DNA of 14,871 bases from contig NW_021825672.1 of NCBI RefSeq assembly GCF_006345805.1, positions 1 through 14,871 of the forward strand, in the 5' to 3' direction. The notes beneath the pieces were generated by a model. The model worked only from the letters and a program-made list of their open reading frames with translations. It was not told the DNA's origin and ran no database searches. The DNA comes from Octopus sinensis (Eukaryota). This document shows, piece after piece, positions 9,643 through 14,871 of this stretch; the first letter of the stretch is position 1; each line of letters opens with the position of its first letter. Both the position numbers and the translations under genes were made by a program.

Positions 9643-9705
9643 CATACATACATACATACATACACACGCACATACACATATATATACACACGCACATACA
9701 TGTAT
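9593..9705. repeat. (TACA)n microsatellite
   Basis: Seen directly in the sequence. Confidence 0.95.
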
Positions 9706-9783
9706 AACTAGCACTCTATCGCTTACAAGGACGAGTGTTTCTGCTGATCCGATCAACAGAACAGCTCATGTAATTAATGTGCA

Positions 9784-9819
9784 AGTGACTGAGCATTCTA
9801 CAGACAAGTCTACCCTTAA
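9784..9819 (+). repeat. Unclassified interspersed repeat fragment (family F); an inverted diverged copy lies at 6911-6946
   Basis: 28/36 identity between 9784-9819 and the reverse complement of 6911-6946 (CATTC.ACAGAC.AGT.TACCCTTAA). Confidence 0.5.
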
Positions 9820-9904
9820 CGTAGTGCTCAGGGAGATGCCCTCATACCTGACATGATCAGATATAGGACTCATAAAGCTGGTTACTCGGTTTATTTGAAC
9901 CTGT

Positions 9905-10189
9905 AGCAGGGTTCAAGGCCAAACATTTCGAGGGGACAGAATAAGTCTGTTACATCGACTGCAGTACTTGGCGGAAGGGATGAAAGGCAAAGTTGATGTC
10001 GACGTCATTTGAATTCTGAATGTAAAGCAGAAGTGGCTGTGTGGTAAGTAGCTTGCTTATGAACCACATGGTTCCAGGTTCATTCCCACTGTGTGGCACC
10101 TTGGGCAAGTGTCTTCTACTATAGCCCCGGGCCGACCAAAGCCTTGTGAGTGGAGTTGGTAGACGGACACTGAAAGAAGCCGTCATATA

Positions 10190-10234
<45 letters not shown>

Positions 10235-10562
10235 TATATATATAATATATATATATATGTATGTGTGTGTATGTATGTTTGTGTGTATGAGTTTGTCCCC
10301 TCCCCCAACATCGTGGTGTATTTACGTCCCCGTAACTTAGCGGTTCGGCAAAAGAGACTGAGAGAATGAATACTAGGCTTACAAGGAATAAGTCCTGGGG
10401 TCGATTTGCGCGACTAAAGGCGGTGCTCCAGCATGGCCACAGTCAAATGACTGAAACAAGTAAAAGAGATATAAGAGAAAGAGAAAAGAGATGTCGGAAA
10501 ATAATGCCGCTAAGCATTTTTGTCCGATGTTGCAAACGATACGATTCTGTCAGCTCACCGCC
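9905..10562 (-). mobile_element. SINE family B copy split by family A copy 5 (B segments ~9905-10026 and ~10491-10562)
   Basis: Removing 10027-10490 restores GGCGGTGAGCTGACAGAATCG...AAATGCTTAGCGGCAT...CCGACATC|TTTACATTCAGAATTCAAAT...CAACTTTGCCTTTCATCC. Confidence 0.85.
10027..10490 (+). mobile_element. SINE family A copy 5, nested inside a family B SINE
   Basis: Runs from GCAGAAGTGGCTGTGTGG to the GA-rich tail. Both flanks are contiguous halves of a minus-strand family B element. Confidence 0.92.
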
Positions 10563-10611
10563 TTGTTCTTTTCGTTTGTTAATTGACTACGATATCTTCC
10601 TTTAAATGTTA

Positions 10612-11010
10612 TCTTTATATATAAAAGTAAGTTTGTGTGTCTGTCTCCTACGATTTAGATTCCTAACTACTCTCACATCTTGCGGTGAAGTTTAACCAAA
10701 AGCGGGTATCTTATAGTCGTGATTCATATCGAGCCCTTCTGGGTATTAGCGTGCGTCTACGATGAGTCTACGATTAAAAAAAAATTTACCATAATTTTTT
10801 TCCATTTTAATGCATTTTGTTTCGCTATTATATAAGGGAAGTAACTCTCTAAAAATGTCTACGATGAGTCAACGATTTAAAAAAATAATTACCATCATTT
10901 TTTTTCCATTTTTAATGCATTTTTTTGCTATTTTTTGGCTTTAACTCTCTAAAAATGCTTATATAGTTATTTCCCTTACAAACCCGAGCAACGCCGGGCG
11001 ATACTGCTAG
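10612..11010 (+). mobile_element. Non-autonomous Helitron copy 2, same family
   Basis: A(10611)|TC...CCCGAGCAACGCCGGG (10983-10998) CGATACTGCTAG|T(11011). It is roughly 90% identical by eye to the reverse complement of copy 1. Confidence 0.9.
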
Positions 11011-11154
11011 TCAAGAATATTTTAAGATTAAATAAAAAGAAGTGAAAACGACGTTTTAAAAATATTCTTTCTCTTTACATACGCACATATTTTCACAACA
11101 GAATATGCCAACATTTACATTGGACGGATAGTTGTTCTCAGCTTGTTTGTTGTT

Positions 11155-11197
11155 ACCACAACGTTTCTGATATACTCTCCAGCCTTCATCAGGTGTC
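11155..11197 (-). ncRNA. Degenerate hammerhead motif of the same family, with stem I 5' strand present and stem II broken
   Basis: Reverse complement is GACAC CTGATGA AGGCTG GAGAGTATAT CA--- GAAAC GTT GTGGT. It has a 3-nt deletion in stem II. Confidence 0.6.
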
Positions 11198-11315
11198 CTG
11201 GCGGAATTTAGAACCCCACCCTTTATTTGACAATTGGGGTTCTCATTCCTAAAGTAATTTTTTGCTGATGTTATTTATTATATTATTATTATTATTATTA
11301 TATATCCAAATCATA

Positions 11316-11382
11316 GACTGGGATTGAACTTCGGAATTTTGAGGTTAGTAGCCCGCGCTTTTAACCACCACGCTATATGCCC
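11316..11382 (-). promoter_or_regulatory. tRNA-like Pol III head (A/B boxes) upstream of the hammerhead unit
   Basis: Reverse complement is GGGCATATAGCGTGGTGGTTAAAAGCGCGGGCTACTAACCTCAAAATTCCGAAGTTCAATCCCAG. The A box is TAGCGTGGTGG and the B box is AGTTCAATCC. It has no acceptor stem. Confidence 0.65.
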
Positions 11383-11742
11383 GTGGGCAATTATAGAGTG
11401 AATTTTAGGGTTTTTAAACCTATTATTTTTGTATCTTTCCTTAATACCTGTTCCCATATTCTACTCATATCTGCGCTAGGTCTGCTTAGGAGGTTATTGT
11501 GTCCTAGCAATGAAGGCTGGAGAGTACGTCAGCCAAAACGTAGTGGTAGCAAAATAACAAGGGGAGGATACCTATCCGTCCAATGTAAATATTGTACATA
11601 ATTCCTCATCTCTAAAATATAGAACAGAATATGCCGCCAATACAGTTCTATATTTAAGAGATGTGGAATTATGTACATTATTTACATTATTTACATTTGA
11701 CGGATATTTGTCCTCGTCTTGTTTGTTAACACAAAGCTTCGG

Positions 11743-11783
11743 CTGATGAAGGCTGGAGAGTATATCAGCCGAAACGTTGTGTT
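11743..11783 (+). ncRNA. Minimal type I hammerhead ribozyme motif with intact core; the stem I 5' strand is lost at the inversion junction
   Basis: CTGATGA (11743-49), A, stem II GGCTG/CAGCC with a 10-nt loop, GAAA (11771-74), C, GTT cleavage triplet (11776-78, within palindromic AACGTT), GTGTT. Confidence 0.72.
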
Positions 11784-11854
11784 AACAACAAACAAGACGA
11801 GGACAAATATCCGTCAAACGTAAATAATGTAAACAATGTATAGAATATGCCAAG

Positions 11855-12080
11855 TATGTTGGTTTCAAATCTTGACACAAGGCCAGCAATTTCCGAGGAG
11901 GCGGTTAATCGATTCCATCGATCCCTGTGCTCAACTGGTATTATTTACTTTATCGATTTTGAAGAGGATGAAAGACAAAGTCGACATCGGGGTCATTCGA
12001 ATTCAGAACAAACCCAGAACATAATGACAGACGAAATAACGTAAAGCTTTTTACTCGGCGTGCTAACAATTCTGCCAGCC
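11855..12080 (-). mobile_element. SINE family B, diverged copy
   Basis: Reverse complement reads GGCTGGCAGAATTGTTAGCACGCCG...GTTCTGAATTCGAAT...GTCGACTTTGTCTTTCATCC...CCAGTTGAGCACAGGGATCGATGGAATCGATT. Confidence 0.8.
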
Positions 12081-12281
12081 TTATTATTATCGTTTGTTAA
12101 TTGGTCACCATAGCTTCATTTAAATGTAATTAAGAATCTTCGCGGATTTATATTCTTTGCAAAAGAGTACGGCAGATATACTGAGAGTGAAAGATGTCAA
12201 GTCGACCGAGTTTACTTTTTTATTGTTTCGGATAGTCATTGTCTGTCCTTGAAGCTATTAGAAAAATATACCCATTCCCAC

Positions 12282-12285
<4 letters not shown>

Positions 12286-12350
<65 letters not shown>

Positions 12351-12880
12351 CACACATATATGTATTCACACACACACACATAGAGAAGAGAGAGATGAAG
12401 AGGCAGAGGTAAAAAGGAAGAATGAAAAACATATGGAGAGAATACGGAGATAGAGAGTGAGAGAGAAAGAAAGAGAGTGAGAAGGAGAGGCAGTTAAGGG
12501 AGAGAGGAACGGGTATTTGTGTGTGCGCGCGTGTGTGTGTGTACACATGTGTAGAAAGAAAGGAAGAAAGAGAGAAACAAAGGAAGAAACGTACAAAGAG
12601 GGGAAAATAAAAACGTCAAAAAAAGTGAGTGAGACAAAGAGAGGCAGTGTGAGGGAGATATTGACCAAATGAGGAAGAGTGTATGCGTGAGAAGGAAGGG
12701 AAGAGATAGATAGATAGATAGATAGAGAGAGAGGAAAGAGAGAGAGAATGAGAGAGATAGATAGAGATGGAGAGAGAGAGAGAGAGAGGGGGAAACAGAT
12801 AGACAGATAGAGAGAGAGTGAGGAAGAGAGAGAGACAATGTGCATGTGTATGTGTGTATGCGCGCATGTGTGTTTTGCGA
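12286..12880. repeat. Low-complexity block: (CT)n(TA)n, then GA-rich/(GATA)n, then (TG)n
   Basis: Seen directly in the sequence. Confidence 0.85.
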
Positions 12881-13114
12881 GGGTATGTGAGCGAGGGTTT
12901 TTTCTTTGTTACAAGTCACGTACAATTGGTGAAATGTCACAATAACACTTTTAAATTAATCGATGGCAAAATTGGACTTCAGGAAAATCTTGGCACTCTA
13001 CTAATTAGCTATCTAATTGCTGATGACATTTCATTAAAACTGAGTCGGGTTGGAGACACACGGCACTGTACCTGCTCTGACACCAGCTGCCCCATACTCC
13101 GTATGTATAAGTGG

Positions 13115-13118
13115 TATA

Positions 13119-13155
<37 letters not shown>

Positions 13156-13220
13156 GATATATATATATATATGTATATATATGTATATATATGTATATAT
13201 ATGTATATATATATATATAT

Positions 13221-13273
<53 letters not shown>

Positions 13274-13360
13274 TAATTTATATATATATATATATATTAC
13301 ATATATATATATATACATCTATATATATAGTATATATATTATATATATATATATATTATA

Positions 13361-13396
<36 letters not shown>
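13115..13396. repeat. Long interrupted (TA)n microsatellite
   Basis: Seen directly in the sequence. Confidence 0.95.
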
Positions 13397-13399
<3 letters not shown>

Positions 13400-13646
13400 A
13401 TACTCTAGTTAATGTGTTGAGTGATCCATCAGTTAATGCTTGACCGCTTGGGTGGATAATTGCATATGTAAGAAGAAAACAACAACCAAGAACATGCATT
13501 CATGCATTTGTGCGTGCATGTGTCTATCTATCTGTAACGAGAAGGGTTAAAAAAATGCTCTAACAACCACCCTGGTTCCTATACACAAAGGTGGGCGTCT
13601 AATATGTCTGTGAGTCATTTGTGCCGTTTAATACAGTATAACTTTC

Positions 13647-13952
13647 TGTTTTGTTTGTTCCTTCTCGAGCCACGCCTGGCTCATAAGGGCCGGTTTCCCA
13701 GTTTCCTTTGCATATAGGTTCCCCACCTTGACGGGAGGCCGGTCCGTCGCAGGTGAGCTGCAAGATGCAGGAGGAAAGAGTGAGAGAAAGTTGCGGCGAA
13801 AGAGTCAGCAGACGCTCGCCATTACCTTCTGCCGGAGCCGCGTGGAGCTTTGGTGTTTCGCTCGTAAACACACAAATCGCCTGGTCTGGGATTCGAACCT
13901 GCGATCCCTCGACCGCAAGTCCGCTGCTCTAACCACCAGGCCATGTGCTTCC
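13647..13952 (-). mobile_element. tRNA-derived SINE (family C2), with a head related to family C and a different body
   Basis: Reverse complement reads GGAAGCACATGGCCTGGTGGTTAGAGCAGCGG...AGGTTCGAATCCCAGACCAGGC, then a unique body ending GGCTCGAGAAGGAACAAACAAAACA. Confidence 0.8.
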
Positions 13953-14257
13953 ACATAATTTTATAAAGAGAGACGAAATTAGGGAACGAGTTAAAATCGG
14001 TTTATCGAGTGGGTAGGAAAGTTCATTTAAAATAAAAGTGCCGGGTCTTTGATAGCGGAAAGTTTGGAGACCAATGTTTTAAAGGAAGGAAAAGAAGCGG
14101 ATTATGTGATATTAATTTTTTTCCACCAAAATACTTTAGAAATCTTTGCGAATGAAACAGTTACAAACAACTCGGAAAGAATAGTAAGGAGTGTCACTTG
14201 GGACGACATAAATCAACACCAAGGGAAGCAGCATATTGGGTAAGCAGAATGGTGGTA

Positions 14258-14427
14258 TCCTCCTCCTCCTCCTCCTCCTCATCGTCATCCTCATTATCAT
14301 CATCACCATCATCATCGTCATCGTCATCATCATCATCGTCAACGTCATAGCATCATCATCATCACCATCATCACCATCATCACCATCATCATCACCACTA
14401 TCACCACCATCATCATCACCACCACCA

Positions 14428-14430
<3 letters not shown>
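14258..14430. repeat. Compound trinucleotide repeat (TCC)n-(ATC)n-(ACC)n
   Basis: Seen directly in the sequence. Confidence 0.95.
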
Positions 14431-14478
<48 letters not shown>

Positions 14479-14658
14479 ATATATATATATATATACGACG
14501 GGATTCTTTCAGTTTCTGTCTACCAAATCCACTCACAAGGCTTTGGTCGGCCCGAGGCTATAGAAAAATACACGTGCCCAAGGTTCCACGCAGTTTGACT
14601 GAACCCGGGACCATGTGGTTCGTAAGCAAGTTACTTAGCACACAGCCACTCCTGCGCC
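14431..14658 (-). mobile_element. SINE family A copy 6, 5' half only, ending in the internal microsatellite
   Basis: Reverse complement starts GGCGCAGGAGTGGCTGTG and runs to GAATCCCGTCG(TA)n(TG)n. The 3' half is absent. Confidence 0.9.
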
Positions 14659-14752
14659 TAAAACTAATTTTATAGATATTTCTTTCAAAATTCCTAATTT
14701 ATTTTCCACACATTAACTTGTGTAGGTTGAACTGTGGAAAATGTTAGAGAAA

Positions 14753-14871
14753 GGCGAAGGAGTGGCTGTATGGTATGTAGCTTGGTTACGAACCATATGG
14801 TCCCGGGTTCAGTCCTCCTGCGTGGGACCTTGGGCACGTGTCTTTTTCTATAGCTTCGGGCCGACCAAAGC
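14753..14871 (+). mobile_element. SINE family A copy 7, running off the window end
   Basis: GGCGAAGGAGTGGCTGTATGG...GGGTTCAGTCC...CTTGGGCACGTG...GGGCCGACCAAAGC. Confidence 0.9.

Larger units (their letters stand above)
11100..11853. mobile_element. Penelope-like, hammerhead-bearing non-autonomous composite insertion with inverted units
   Basis: Four partial copies of one tail unit occur in alternating orientation: 11112-11260 (-), ~11500-11625 (+), 11641-11747 (-) and 11743-11841 (+). AGAATATGCCAA bounds both ends (11100-11111 and 11842-11853). Confidence 0.7.

Noticed and set aside
11495-11550. Third hammerhead copy of the 11-kb family as a functional ribozyme
   Set aside because: The core has decayed (GCAATGA for CTGATGA; AAAA for GAAA). 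It is kept only as part of the composite.
472-13016. 15-bp exact repeat TAATTAGCTATCTAA at 472-486 and 13002-13016
   Set aside because: A match of this length is plausible by chance in 15 kb of AT-rich DNA, and the flanks share no homology.
112-14598. Most supplied ORFs (poly-TH, YI, CV, SL, RE, I/S/P, D/G tracts)
   Set aside because: They are translations of microsatellites, SINEs or low-complexity DNA. Recurrent peptides such as RQASFSFRLPNPLTR and HSQGFGRPE come from SINE family A.
1-14871. CRISPR arrays, rRNA and prokaryotic operon features
   Set aside because: There are no regularly spaced repeat-spacer units or rRNA motifs, and the sequence is clearly eukaryotic repeat-rich DNA.

Overview
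A 14.9-kb repeat-dense, microsatellite-rich eukaryotic region, either intronic or intergenic. It is probably an Octopus/coleoid cephalopod genome; this is inferred from the repeat families and was not verified by search. No intact protein-coding gene, rRNA, tRNA gene or CRISPR array is supported. Almost all supplied ORFs are translations of microsatellites or SINEs. The supported content is: (1) a decayed Tc1/mariner maT-type (DD37D) transposon split by a SINE; (2) about 8 copies of a tRNA-headed SINE (family A) with an internal (TA)n(TG)n tract; (3) about 6 copies or fragments of a Nin/Deu-domain-like SINE (family B); (4) a CORE-type SINE and a related tRNA-headed SINE; (5) two inverted copies of a ~400-bp non-autonomous Helitron; and (6) minimal type I hammerhead-ribozyme motifs of the Penelope-associated kind, from two unrelated families. 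The most interesting item is the 11100-11853 composite. It joins a tRNA-like Pol III head, an (AAT)n spacer and a hammerhead-bearing tail, and it is arranged as nested palindromes between three copies of the same target-like sequence. Family labels A, B, C, C2 and F are my own working names. All alignments and coordinates were done by eye, so the boundaries of degenerate elements are approximate.
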